This document shows positions 1 through 13,867 of a stretch of 64,000 bases of DNA, in pieces. The stretch spans positions 35,638,388 through 35,702,387 of the forward strand of contig NC_092670.1 of NCBI RefSeq assembly GCF_964355755.1. The letters run 5' to 3'. Positions within the stretch are counted from its first letter, which is position 1. Every line of letters begins with the position of its first letter. The position numbers and the translations under genes were made by a program. Below the pieces are notes generated by a model. It saw only the letters and a list, made by a program, of their open reading frames with translations. It was not told the origin of the DNA and did not search any database. Source of the DNA: Antedon mediterranea. Its lineage: Eukaryota > Animalia > Echinodermata.

Positions 1-1574
1 ACGAAAGCAGTTTCCACACCACCAAACCAAGCCAATAGTAGAGAAGCTTTAATTAGCTATAGAAAGTATATTAATGCGGTTTGTAAATCAGTTCCAGAAA
101 AGTAAGTGGAAATGCGTTAGTGGAGTCATTTGGTCCTTCAATTGACCATGTTGATGATGGACAATGGGAAGTTGTTAATGTATGTTTGTTTAATTTTAAT
201 ACTTTACCACCTGGTTAGTCGGCTTGGATTTTGTAAATGTTTTGATATATGAATGTCTATTTAATGAAGTTTGATTGTTTTGTGGAGAAAAAAAACTATA
301 AATAATGAATGACATCCTATAGCAAACATTTTATCTGTGTGCGGCAAAAATAAAAAACAGCCACACCTACATCTGCGGACTGAACAAATTGATAGGACAA
401 ATAAAAATAATTTACACAAAAAATGTCAACTTCAACAAAAATAATATACTAAATAATCAATAACAACATTATTAATGCACATTAAATACTAAATTTTCCA
501 CTTTAGAAACTTTCCTCTTATCAAGGTCAATCCACTTTAGAAACTTTCCTCTTATCAACGTCAATCCAGAAAAAAAGCAAACATGTGATGTAGTAACATA
601 AAACCGTAATTTAAATTTTTAAACAAAATGTATTCAACGTTTAAATAGTTAACTGGAATTCAATGGATTTTTGGTTGAATTTAACTGTATATTATGAGCG
701 AAATCATAATTGTTGTCCTTTTATTTGTCATTAAAAGTGAATAACTTGAATAAAATTAATAATTTCATTAGGTTTTACTAATTTTATTCAAATAATAAAA
801 TGAAATGAAATCTTTATTTTTCATGTTTTGGTGACAATACATCTTATTATTTGATATTATTTTTTCTTTTTTTAAAGTAGCCTATATACTGTATTTAAAA
901 ATATAAAAAATTTCCTTGTTCCTTAAAATTCATTTACTTAAATTCAATTATTAAAATTGGCTCAATATCAGTATGGGATATAAGCTGATTACACTTGTTT
1001 ATTCGAATTGTTGGTGTCTGTGTCTACATATCAGATACATTTTATCCTAAGTTTAGGAGGATACAATCCAGATGAATGCTATAGTCATTGCAACTCCTAT
1101 AAAAGTACACACTGGGGATAGCCAGATAAAAACCAGGTACAAGTTCACACAATATTCACGAACACAGGAACAATTAAAATCATCGTTTAATTAGTAATGG
1201 TTACATTTAAAACGTTTTACCCGTAATAACAAATATGTGGTCAAAGTGAGAATTTGGTGAAATTGGTGACAGGCACCTCATTAAAATTATCAATTATAAC
1301 TGTTTTGTCATTGTAAATTTGCAATAAAATTATTTTATTTCTATTATCGTTGCATGTAAACATAAATCTAAATTTTTAATATTACTCAATTTGATTTATC
1401 TTCAAACATTGCATTTGGAGACATACTACTGTAGGTGGTGATTAAGTTCAATTTTTAGAAATCCTGTCTCTGCCTGGTGGCTGTATTTGGTTTTTTGTTG
1501 TTGTTGCATTATATTTTATTTATATGTATTTTTTAGGCAAAATAAATAAAATACGTAAAAATAGAAATTGATAA

Positions 1575-2120
1575 AGATGTATTGTCCCTTTGACTAATTC
1601 CAAAAAAATTAAAAATTAAAGATTTCGAAAAAAGGTGGGTCATTTTGAAGTATCATATAGTTATTAACTATCACCAAAAATTTTTCGAAAAAAAACCAAA
1701 TTTAACTGAAATACAGACGTTTTTTGTTAAAAAAATAACTTTGACTTCCAGTCAAAGTTTTCAATCAAAACATATCCCATAATGAAACGCGCTTGTTTGG
1801 CTACTCTGTATGCATAATCATAAAACTTCCTCATGATCTGTGTGAAAATACCTTCTTAACCGTGACGAGTTGTAAACAATCCTAATTTAGCATATGCATA
1901 ATGCATACTCATGGTTTGAAATCTTTGTTTACTTTCGCTCGTGACGATTTTCCAGATGAAATGTAATCAAACTAATTTACCTGTTAATTACGTAAACTTG
2001 TTGTTTTTGGTTCAAATTTTTGACTTAAAGTGAATAACTTTAATATTACTTTGATATGGCCACTTTAAATTTAGAATATTTTGACCTTCATTTTTTTGTG
2101 TTTCAAGGGACAATACATCT
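1575..2120. mobile_element. Non-autonomous TTAA-target DNA transposon (Kolobok-like); related ends at 15416-15681, 51594-51909 and about 845
   Basis: TIR AGATGTATTGTCCC / GGGACAATACATCT flanked by (a/t)TAA and TTAA. Purine termini favour Kolobok over piggyBac. Confidence 0.7.
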
Positions 2121-3239
2121 TTAAATAAATTCAAAACTGAATTTTTACCAAACTTTCCAGAAATTTCCAATTCCAACATTCCAAACGTTTCAGGTTTGGG
2201 AACAGCTTTATTTCAGTATATTATTATTCAAAAAAACGTAGTGTACTACCTTCACTCAAATAACACTTGACATTTTTCTGTGTGTGGATGTCTCTTTGAA
2301 TCTAGAGTGAAGTGTCAAATCAACCACAAACTTCTCCACAAGTCAAATTGAATGAATTTCAAAGTACTTTAGGTTCAGTATCCTATGAGCTAATTACCAC
2401 TGTTAATAAACCCACTCATAATTAATTAGCTATGCATGTTTATTGTTGTATGAGTGTTTGAATGTCTCCTGTGTATTATTTTAAATCATAGGACTGTGAG
2501 ATACTGTACAATAAATAGATTGGCCAATTATTAGATGATAAAGCAGAAATTATATTGGTAAATACACCTCATTGGGTCAGGAAATGGGGGGGGGGGGAAG
2601 AAAGAGGGGGTGGGGGTGTCATTCTAAAAAGTTTCAAGGAACTAGTATGGGGTTTGGGAGAACCTACTACTTTACTTGTTGCAACCCATAAATATGTTGA
2701 AAACTGTGTTAAATTACAAAACTTAACATGTAATATAATTTGGCAATGGTACTGGAAATTAGTAGACAACATTGCAAAATAACCATAATTAAATTTGAAA
2801 ATTTTATGGTCTTCTGCTCATCTTGTTTTCATTTGTGATGTCAAATTTGCTTAGGTTTAATATTATCCTGGTTTATAGTTTACTGTACTTTTTAATAGCA
2901 CATTAACTAATTTTTAACTTCCTCGTGAAATTTGATATGACATTCCACATAAAAAAAAACATGCCTTATATATCTTTCGGAAGTTTAATAATACGATCAA
3001 GGCTGAAAAGTTAATTTTGCAATTCTGCAAAAATTGATTCTCTAAATCAATGAGTGATGGATACAAGTCAGGTAGGTCTAATTTAGAAGAAATATATGTA
3101 GTGTTTTCTAACAATTAATAGTCAATGTAATGTTATAATAGCCCTTAATGCTCGCACTTGTGACAATGAAACGATAGCATTTGATTTGATTTGCCGAGGC
3201 CGGACTGGCAGGTGTGAAAAACCCTTTACTGTGGTCTAC

Positions 3240-3350
3240 GGTATGGAAAGCTCCTGTAACCAGCGCAATGGTGTTTGACTCAACCAGGTTCTCATTTAAC
3301 ACCTGGGTGAAGAGAGGCTAAGTGTCTTGCTTAAGAACACAAGCAATGCG
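3240..3350 (-). mobile_element. Fragment of a second SINE family
   Basis: Minus strand tgtgttcttaagcaagacactta...ttcacccaggtgttaaatg resembles a conserved invertebrate SINE core; family not resolved. Confidence 0.45.
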
Positions 3351-4302
3351 ACGAGCGTTGGTCTCTATGTCAATGCCTAAAATAACGTGCCACATGCTCT
3401 TCACATATGATTACAAACCATACTGTAGTATTTCAATACTGTACAGTAATTTGTATCAAATTTTACAAATCAATTTACCAAAAACAATTACTTGCAGACA
3501 TTGACCTATTTAAAATGTCACACCACAAATTGTCATTCTAAAATGCTTTAGAATTTGCAAATTATAATAAAATACAACCAGTCAATGATGTCACCATTAG
3601 AGACAATAATATTTATATTAATGACCACCATATTAAAATTTTCTGCCATACACTGTCATTGTCATTGCGAACTTCCTTTTATTTACACAAACTTCAAGAG
3701 ACAAAGGCAAGCATGTCTAAAATGTAACATCTCAAGGTGGGCCTAATTACATGGGTTGAAATTGGCTATCCTGTTATTCTATTGCATTGCCACAACACTA
3801 ACATCCTTTCAGTGGGACGGAATTGTCTACCCTGGTCCACAAGATTAACCACTGTCAAAATATGCTATAAAAAAAGGTCATATAATAATAAAGAATAACC
3901 TATGAATATTCATTAATGGCCATAATAACACCTATTTACTATGAATAGAGTGTCTCTGTATATAGGCATATCCATTACATTTAGAGGCTCTTCATCTTTG
4001 TTCATAAATAAATCTTAAGACTATTTGGCATCAATAATAGTTGCATAATAAATGTATTGGTACAAATAGTCTTAAGATTACAATAAATACAATATAGGTA
4101 ACACATTTTAAACAGATAAAAAGCTGGATATGAAATAACAAATAAAAGCACGAAAATGGAAAATTGTAGGAATGACAGCTCTAAACTCAAACTGCCTATC
4201 CTCTTTTCATTCCGACAAGATTTTCTGATAATAAATGATGTTTTCACAAAATTCATAAATGAAAAAAGTCAAATAAACGTAAACAAAAAATAAGAAACAT
4301 AC

Positions 4303-4394
4303 CTGTTGTAAGAATAGTGGCACCCTAACATTTGGTTTCAGTTTTTTGTCATTTTCTATTAACACGTTTAGTGGTACTCCAAAAATGCCATTCT
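4303..4394 (-). CDS. ARHGAP18: RhoGAP exon 9, start of the GAP domain: NGIFGVPLNVLIENDKKLKPNVRVPLFLQQ; gene continues beyond position 1
   Basis: The FGVPL...VP start of RhoGAP domains; tttttctgtag acceptor, CAG|gtatgt donor. I found no further exon in 1-4300. Confidence 0.95.
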
Positions 4395-6024
4395 CTACAG
4401 AAAAAAAAACAACCAAATCGTATGCAATTGTTATTTGTGCAAATCTGATGCTTATACATTTAAAAATATCAAAATAAACTAGTTTGAAAGGTACTGTCAA
4501 ACTACATTTTCAAAACACATAAAAATGTTTCTGACATAATTTGTACCTTAACGTAACAAATCTCCTTGAACCCAATTTGAAAACATTGACCCAGTTCATA
4601 CCGCAAACTACCAACAATTTTACCCATCGTCGCAAGTCTGAATACGAAGCAGATTGCCGTCTAAGAATGTAATAATTGATATGATGAAGAAGGACAGGAT
4701 AATGTCGTTTTGGAAGTGATAATCTTGGGTGGGTAATTTCTGCCGTGAATGCTGTGGTACAAGTAATTAATTTTAATTTTTCTCAATGATAGGCCTCCGG
4801 ACAAGAAGTGGCATCATTTCCACAACTAAATCATCTCCATATTTAGTATGTTTATCGTATTTTGTACAAAAATATATATATATATATAATGTTAATCTAC
4901 AACAGTTTTCACTACACTCTGAATATAATATTTTTCAAAACATGGAAGCCATATTGGTTCATGGAGATACCTCTATGATTGGTCTAATGCTAAGACGTTT
5001 AAGGTCAATTCACACAGATGAGCGGTAACGGTAATAAAAATATAGAATCCATAGCGGATAGATACAGATTCTATGTGGCATAAGCTACACAGTTTTCCGC
5101 TTACCATTACTGCTTGTCTGTGTAAATTTTTTTTTTTTATACTGTATATCAAGCAAAGGTATACATTTAATGTTTTACACATTATCATGTATTTCAACAT
5201 ATTTAGAAATGTAATACTAGTAAAAGGCTACAATATCAATTACATCTAAATAAACAGAACTTATACAAATGTGCCAGCATCTGATTATTTTTGGATGTAC
5301 TAATCTAAACGTTGATTTTAATACAGCGAATGCCAACAAATCAATTATATGATCTAATTCCTATTACGCAGTATTATTCACTGTCAATCATGATAATAAA
5401 GATTGCAGAAAAATGCCAATCAAGATGGGTGTTTATCGTTGATATCCTGGCAACTTATTTTTGGTTCGTTCTTTCAAATGCTTTGTATACTTTCATTAAT
5501 GTATTTTGTTATTGTATAATTATCATCAGGGGGCACTACTGGTTGCTTCATGCCACTGTTGCAAAAGAGGTATTCCCAATAAAGTTATTTATTATTATGA
5601 TAAATTTATTCTTTTGGTTTTACCGGGAATAAATTAATTTACAGAATAGGTAAATAAATAAAATTGTAAAGTTATTTTATTATGATAAAGTTATTCTTAA
5701 TCCGAGGGATTCATTAAATTTATTTACAGTATATGTAAATACATAAAATTGTAAAGCTCTGTTTACACTATCAAACTAGTTTAGCAATAAACATATGATG
5801 TACCTAAATATGGTAGTGATCCCCAAATATGTAGGAGTGATATAATCATCATGTCCGTATATGGGCATGTCATATTTTTTTTTACATTAAGTAGACACAA
5901 CAACCTTAAACTTACCTGCTAATATTCATAAAATAACTAGTATAAAAGATGAGAAAAATAATAAAGTTTAACACTTTTGTATGCCAGATAAAATCAGTTA
6001 GAAGTAAAATTTAATTTGTTTTAC

Positions 6025-6193
6025 CCTTAGTCTTTTTTCTGTTTTGTTTTCTTGCATGTGGTAGGGGCAGGCCATATTTGTCAAACAAAGACGTCAACTC
6101 AATGAGTGCTAGTGATCGAACTTTCGACCTGTCTTTCTGCTCAAGAAAGTTGATAGGCGTTAAACCGCATTTGTCACGTGCTAATGTGATATT
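6025..6193 (-). CDS. ARHGAP18: RhoGAP exon 8: NITLARDKCGLTPINFLEQKDRSKVRSLALIELTSLFDKYG...RKKTK(E)
   Basis: KVRSLALIELTSLFD matches the ARHGAP18/28/40 signature KKVxxLALIELTALYD; splice sites and phases 0/1 fit. Confidence 0.95.
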
Positions 6194-6568
6194 CTGTAAT
6201 TAGATGAAAAACATGTTTATTATAGTATTGAAATAATATAGAATTACAGTGGAACCACACCCTCGGGAAATTCCTATTCAGGGGACACGCTTATCATGGG
6301 GGAAAACTTTTCTGTAAAATGAATGTGAGGAAGTATATATTATAACACTATGGAGAAACCATTTTTTGGGTCCTCATGAGAAACCATTGTCATTCATTTG
6401 AACGATGTGTCTACACTCTTCAGTTTTTACTCTAAACCAAAAATGATTATTATTCATTGATTTTTCTGCATACTTTTTTTTTACCACAGAAGGAACAACG
6501 GGAAGGGTTTCAATAAAATAAATTTGTAAAACCCAATAATATTATTAAAAAAATATGTGTATACTTAC

Positions 6569-6640
6569 TGGTAAATTGCTAGCTAGACTATTCATAATTT
6601 CTTCTTGTTTTCTAAAATCACTTTCTAATGTTTCAAGATC
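6569..6640 (-). CDS. ARHGAP18: RhoGAP exon 7: DLETLESDFRKQEEIMNSLASNLP
   Basis: cttttaacag acceptor, gtaagt donor, 72 nt, phase 0/0. The junction LP|NITLARDK resembles family LPxFxLPKDK. Confidence 0.88.
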
Positions 6641-6877
6641 CTGTTAAAAGTATAAAATAACTAACATTAATAAATAATTTAATAATATTAATATTGGAAG
6701 GAAGGATTCTCACCCAAAAAATATCCACACATAAGATAACATTTGTGTAAATAAAATCGTGAACATGATAAAAAAGCATTAAAATGTTTGACAATATTTT
6801 GTACATATCATATACAGTAACTGAAATAATCATATTATGAATAGTAGATTAATTAGTGGCGCTTTAGCAGTCCTTAA

Positions 6878-7056
6878 AGCTTGGTTCCCACTAGAACCTA
6901 ACGCAAGGACGTAAACGCAACGCAAGTGTGTTGACAAATGACAAGCGAAGTTATAGACAGTTAGCAATCACAAGCGAATAAGCCATCGCTTGTGATTGGT
7001 CAATTCACTTGCGTTGCGTTACGTCCTTGCGTTGCTTCGCTAGTGGGAACCACGCT
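6878..7056. mobile_element. MITE family A (TIR AGC[T/G]TGGTTCCCACTAG, TAA TSD; Harbinger-type)
   Basis: TIRs and TSD visible. Near-identical copies at 40296-40474 and 41213-41391; decayed copy near 13280-13405. Confidence 0.85.
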
Positions 7057-7542
7057 TAAGTCCTTATTTTAAGAGTTCTAAGTTCACATCTTTTCCCTGT
7101 GTACGATACAATGTTTGCAATACTGTACATACTGTATGGTATTGGTATGTCTTACCAATAATTTATATTAACTTTTGGCAGTTAAAATGTACAGTTTAGT
7201 TGTTAAAATAAATAAAACAATTTAAATAGAAAAAAAAAAATAACAAAAAACTGTTTTTATAAAAATCTTTCTCAACTTTGGTGAGACAATAATTTAGAGA
7301 ATTCGAGTGGAATAATTAAATATCTAGATTCTTACAATATCCTATTGTCAAAATGATGATTATGATATCAATTAGATTATCCTATTAGCAGGAAATTTAA
7401 AAAAAGGATACATCTAATCAACATATATTAAAATATATGAATTAATTAATTATATTATTTCAACCTATTGCATATTATGGGAACAACTTTAGTTTCTCAT
7501 CCAATACTGTAGTATAATAGTAGAAAATCACATGATTCAAAT

Positions 7543-7845
7543 GGATGTCTAGAAAACTCAGAAATGCTAAGACTAAATTTGAACAGTAGCATGTACTATA
7601 TTTTCTTTATGATTTAAGTCCTAGGCCGCTACTACAAGTTATAATATTAGTAAGAAAACATATAATACTGTAGTATTTCAAATAACCTACCCTCTGATTA
7701 TAAATTAATGAAACAATCCGTTTGATGATCCAAGTTTTCTAGTTGAAGAATAAAACTAAACAACTCAGATCAAGATATCCGAGTTTTCTGGATCTAGGAA
7801 ACTCAGATAATCTGAGTTTTCTAGATATGAGTTTTCTAGACACCC
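7543..7845. mobile_element. MULE-like MITE with a 9-bp TSD
   Basis: TSD gattcaaa(t/c); TIR gg(a/g)tgtctagaaaactc; internal aaactcag repeats. Confidence 0.7.
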
Positions 7846-9834
7846 GATTCAAACAATAGTACTATTATTAACCAGTAGGCTACTTAAAAAATATATATTT
7901 TCTTTTAGTTCCTAGTAAGAAATATAAAAGTAGTGATAATATTTGATCCAGGGTTGAATGATTAATTTATATCATTGTACTGTACTGCCTTAAAAACTAC
8001 ATTATTTAGGGAAACCGACAAAGTGTGCCCGGAATAGAGGTTATTATTGACTTGATCCCGGATTAACTTGTTAAGATTAATTTTTCAGTTTCTTTACAAT
8101 TTACTTTAGTTTACAAATATCAACACAAAAATCTAAATAATTTAAATTAATTAAACCAGATCACATTTCAACCGTTGAATGTTTCTTGGCTACCGCACAT
8201 TTTAGAAATGCATATGGGGGGTGACAACCTCTGGAGACAAATCTACTAACATACGCCAACAAAATGGAGGCAACACAGCACAGTAATTTGTTTCAGAAGT
8301 GATTAATTTAGGAAGCTCTCCCCTGAGAGTTGGATACATCCACTTGTTGATTGTTGAAAGAGAATCGAAGTTTAGCATGCCGCACAAAAACGTAAAGAAC
8401 TTATTTTATACTGGATAAATGCAAGCATATAACCAATGTCTTTTATATTTTCATTTAGCAAAATTAGTTTCATACTACCTTAAGTGTCCTAACCACCTTA
8501 ATTTCTGCTTGCTCTCCCTAAGGCCATGGTAATAGATTGATTCAAATTTTATATTTATAATTTCGGAATAAAAAAATCTTCAGGTCAAATTTAGATCAGT
8601 TTTCATCTTTGTTTTTTTTTCAATAAATAAATACTAAAATAGTTGGTAAAAAATAAAATCAGGGTCTAGGAGTAAATTTAAGTTAAAATAGCATGCAGGA
8701 GCATTTAAATGTGCTTTGTTCATCTTGATGTTTTTCCTTTGTAAATTTGGATTTTACAAATATTGTAAAATTTTCATTCATTCTAATTTAGGTGTATATT
8801 AGGATTTTTGGTTTTAGTTAAACTCTTGTTGTTAATTGTTAAATTAATTTGTGTATGATGTATTATAGCCTCGTGGAAAAACACCATTGAGGTGAACAAG
8901 TGTTACTGTTGTTTTATTATTACTATTATTCCCCCACACTCATGTTGAGTTGATGCTATGTGCTGAATGTTTGTACACGCGATTTTTTCATATTTTTCTT
9001 TGCTTATTCTTATAATATACCTCCAGAGTTTTTTAAAATGAGATCCCTAACGAAAATCCCTATTTGGTCATCCAAAAAATATAAAGTAATGATTTCTGCA
9101 GTTATATTGAGAACAGTCGTATCCCACCGAGTTATTTTTCTATATCATTCCGCAAACCCAATGCCGAGATTAACCCTCCCGGAAGGCAAGAACCCTTGCT
9201 GAAAATGAGCATTTCACAATCTGCTAAGGACAATATTCAAAGTACACTATAAATGCAAAGTTGTTATGACAGTAAATTCAATGAGATATTAATTTGTAAT
9301 TATAACAGGAACCACGGTAAAGCGACATTGTATGAAATACGAAAGATGTTATTTAAAATGGCAATAACAAACACAGTGTCCTTTAGTGTAACAATAACAG
9401 TTCCAGGAACCGAAAGTGTTTTATATAATTCAACAGCGTACATATTTTGTATTTGTACTGCTCCTTGATACTCAAATACAGATTGCCGTCATCTCCTGTT
9501 TGTTTTTACGTTTCATTCAGTGTAGCCTTGTAAATATCTATAATGCATTTTCCGTTTTTCAACAAACATATTTTCAAGTGTTTTGATTTAAACACTGCCT
9601 TGTAAACAGAATAGGGTAGAACGCCATTCTGGACCCAACAAAGTATTCACTCCCCTCAATGATGTTGAAACACAAATTTCCGCTCGTTCATTTCATAATA
9701 AAGTGTCCCCTAAATAAGGAATGGCCAAATAAGGGGGTTCTATAGTAGTTGAATTAAAGAGGAAATTCCTTATCAATATCAATTGCTACAATATTTTAAC
9801 CTATTGGAGAAAATATCTACTGTATAATATTATA

Positions 9835-10140
9835 TATTATATAACACCTATATAAATTCCTGTCATTTGATTGGACGAATGTGGGTCACATGGCGTGCAA
9901 TAGTACGCACTATTCAACGATCGTTAAATAGTACTTTTTGAAACATTTTTGTTTGTTATTTAGATGTTATATAAAACAAATAATGAATGTTTTGTATTCG
10001 TGTAATGGTACAAATAATGGCACTTGGTGAATGATGAAAGGTTATATCAACTCGGCTTTGCCTCGTTGATATAACCTTTCATCATTCACCTCGTGCCATT
10101 ATTTGTACCATTGCACTCATAAACATTCATTATTTGTATA
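9835..10140 (+). mobile_element. Interspersed element with a long terminal hairpin (about 70-bp arms around ctcggctttgcctcg)
   Basis: Hairpin visible; near-identical inverted copy at 48054-48369. Confidence 0.8.
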
Positions 10141-10243
10141 ATATTATATAAGACAGACCAGTTACCATGGTTACTGCTGGTCTTATATTATGATATTGGA
10201 AAAATGTTGAATATTTTTTTAAATGATAAAGTTTGTAGTGTTA

Positions 10244-10667
10244 AGCTTGGTTGCCAGTGGGACTCAACGCAAGGACGTAAAGCACAAAGAAAGTAATTTG
10301 ACCAATCACGGCATGATGATCATCAGCTTGGTTCACTGGGACTCAACGCAAGGACGTAAAGCACAAAGAAAGTAATTTGACCAATCACGGCATGATGATC
10401 ATCAGCTTGGTTCACTGGGACTCAACGCAAGGACGTAAAGCACAAAGAAAGTAATTTGACCAATCACGGCATGATGATCATCAGCTTGGTTCACTGGGAC
10501 TCAACGCAAGGACGTAAAGCACAAAGAAAGTAATTTGACCAATCACGGCATGATGATCATCAGCTTGGTTCACTGGGACTCAACGCAAGGACGTAAAGCA
10601 CAAAGAAAGTAATTTGACCAATCATGACATGATGATTATCCAAATTTTGTATTGTGATTGGTCAATT
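10244..10667. repeat. 5 x 79-bp tandem array derived from the left arm of a family-A-like MITE
   Basis: Units start at 10244, 10325, 10404, 10483 and 10562 with agcttggtt...caacgcaaggacgtaaa. Confidence 0.9.
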
Positions 10668-11926
10668 GTCCAAGATATAGTATGCTTCAAGTGAGCATTA
10701 TCCTACTATCTACAAAATATCACGATTTTCTTATTTTTACAATATTATGTGATAAAAGCATGAAAAAAAATATTTGTTTATTTCACTGAAAATGTAAAAT
10801 GCATGAAAATATCAAAATCTAGCTGTTTCCCTAAATTATTCTCAAATAACGAAAAACAAAATTTGAATGAATTTTTTCCCCGATTTTATACTTTTTGACA
10901 AATTTATTCTCTGTGACTGTTTTGTAAATCAATTCGTACCAGACATTTCTATCCATGTGGGACTACAGAACAAAAGAAAACAATTTTATAGATAAAAACA
11001 TTATCACAGATTTGACCTAAGGAAATGGTATTATTGAAAACAAATGTTCTTTTGTCTTTGTTTAAACAATAACAGATTATTCACAAAAAAATTATAGTTT
11101 TCATGTTTTTACATAAAGAAAAATATCATAAATAATAATTTCCTTTTATCATTTAAAATAATTAAATTATGATCATGATGAGGAGTACATATTCTGTTAA
11201 ATATTAAACTGAAATTTATGATCTTCTATGCTAATACAATACCGATAGATAAAGAAGTATATTGAATGTAGATGATGGGATTTATTTCATTTTCTAAATA
11301 CGCACACATAAATAAATTTATCCTCTCATTTGGACATTCCTATTCAGGGGACATCATCATTCAATTAATACTTTCATGTGAAAAGCCATAATTATGTCTA
11401 AAGCTCTGTCCACACTAGTTTGACAAAAAGAGTGTAATGTGCCCAAATATGGTAGTGATATGCCCAAATAGACAGAGCTTAATACTATTGCAGCCAACCC
11501 ATATTTAGAGCTATTAGGGGGATATTCTTTTATTTTCATTCATATTTCCACCACTAACAGAATGGATTAAAAATATATAAAACAATATAAAATATTTTTT
11601 TCAATATTAAAATATACACAAACCAAAAGTGGTGTTGGTAATCTATAAGTGCTAGCTTTACCTGGATAAACCAACATTGGCCTATCCTCTCCGGAAAGAG
11701 AGCTACAACTCGAATATATAAAAAAAATTTAAAAAAACCCCATCAGTTAATGGTACATTCCATGAACCCTGCCCTCAAGTGGGAACATCCCAACATACCA
11801 CCATCATCATTTCTTTTCTAATTATTTGGTATTAAACTTTGTTTAATGCTTACCAATATTGAATCTGGTGTCGATGAGATCATTTCTTTTCTAATTATTT
11901 GGTAATAAACTTTGTTTAATGCTTAC

Positions 11927-12039
11927 TAATATTGAATCTGGTGTCGATGAGCGGGTATCGTCTTTAGATGCACCCTCCTCGTCTTTTGCACTTGGAACTT
12001 GCACTGGTTGTGTATTGGTAATGCTTAAAACTTCTACTC
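11927..12039 (-). CDS. ARHGAP18: RhoGAP exon 6: VEVLSITNTQPVQVPSAKDEEGASKDDTRSSTPDSIL
   Basis: ttttccag acceptor, gtaagc donor, phases 1/0. Confidence 0.82.
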
Positions 12040-13867
12040 CTGGAAAAAGAAATAATATTATTACATTACAAAATGTGACTGACAAAACCAACAGCATTGA
12101 ACACCACATTTTGATAGGAAAAAACATCTAGGTATCAAATTGAAAGAAAAAACAACAAAGGAATTTTTTTTTAAATGGTAAAGAAATAGAAAACAAAGTA
12201 CTGTAAAAAAGAAATTCATGAATTAGGTTTTTTTAAACAAAATATTTATTTAAATTTATAACATTTATATCTACAATAATTGTCATTAAATAAATATTTT
12301 ACCTACTAGAAAAAAAATGTTTAAATCCAAATTATGAATAAAATTATCAGCAATCAAGTCCAATATTAAAAATCCATGAAAAGAAATAAATAAAATCAAT
12401 ATGTCATTTGAAAGTCCAGTATTCAAGAATTAAGACAACTCATATTCGTTATGTGTTACTGGCTACGCGTCAAACATCCATGTGTTCAGTAGCAATATCT
12501 TGGTAGATATAGCCAGGCCTACATAACCGTCCGGCTGAGTCACCATCAAACTGATCTTCAAGCACTGCGGTTGTCACTGACTTCTACCAGGATGATTTTA
12601 GAGGAATTGATCGTCTATGTCACGTTAAATGTATAAGGAAACTCTAATTGTCCAGATTACCCTGTTGTGAAGTGTGTAAATTAACTTAACTGTGTGTTGA
12701 TTAAGTTTTCTTAAGGGTCAATTTTGTAATAACAATTTATATTAATTAATTTATACGTAGACTACAAAATCATAACAGTTTTATACTCGTACACTTTTGT
12801 AACAAAATGATATTCATCGTCGTGGTCTATATGTTAAGTTCACCCTGTAAGGAAGATGATTGATTTAGTTCAACTAGTAGTATGTATTAGTTTTTACAGA
12901 ACTTTCCTTTTTTAGATATGACCAAATTAACATTTCATATTATTACAAAACAGTTTAAAGTCCACTTTGAAAATCAGTAGGCCTACTGTGATACTGAAAG
13001 TGTTATCACATAAGACAGATATAAAATACTACCAACCATTCTCATAACCACAAATAAATATTAAAATAATAATTCAATGGTTACCATATGATAAAAAAAT
13101 AGTGAATTAAACTTATGAATATTATACTAAATATTGTATTTTGAATTTTGAGTTAAAATCACTTTATCTTTTTGATATTAATACTTGTCTGCAAAAATAT
13201 ACGGTGGTTTGCTGACAAATAAAAGAAAAAATTCTTTGATAGTATTAAATCTATAATAAACTATAAGTAATACCACTCACAGTTCCCACTAGGATGAAAT
13301 GCAAGGATGTGCATGTGAAACGCAGGTTATTTATTTATATAGCAGCAGCTTGCTTGTGATTGGTCAAATTACTCACATTCTACATACTTCAGTGGAAACT
13401 AAGCTTTAGTTGGAAAATAAGTTTAACAGATCAATTAATCTAAATATTATTTATCCGGAAAAAAAAATTAAATTAAATTTGAAAACAGATACCTACAGGA
13501 AAATTAAGACATCAATTATTACAGTTTTTATTGATTACTTAAAATCAAGTTCAACGGTTATTGACCTGTTTACTAACAGACAGGACATCTTACAGTAAAG
13601 TCCATGAACACATATTCCGATGACTAACCTACTTATCCAACAGCCCAGATGTTACGAAACTTCATATTTTTCCTTCCTTGTTTGATGTTTTGTAGTGTGT
13701 CCCCTCAATAGGTGTTGGCCGTAGTTTTAACATACTGTTACCGATTCATTTCACAGCAAAGTGTCCGTTAAAGGGGTCCCTTGAATAGGATCGGCTATAG
13801 TGTTACCATATTGCTACTGATAATAATGATTCATTTCACAGGAAAGTGTCCCAAATAGGGGGTGTCC

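Noticed and set aside
1-180. Short open frame at the window start (TKAVSTPPNQANSREALISYRKY...)
   Set aside because: Truncated, interrupted by stops, antisense to the host gene and with no recognisable motif.
2586-2616. G-runs with G-quadruplex potential (also at about 44270)
   Set aside because: Simple poly-G tracts with no evidence of function.
8190-9750. Possible decayed transposase sequence
   Set aside because: Slightly GC-richer and ends near a MITE-like terminus, but I could not read any convincing transposase motif.
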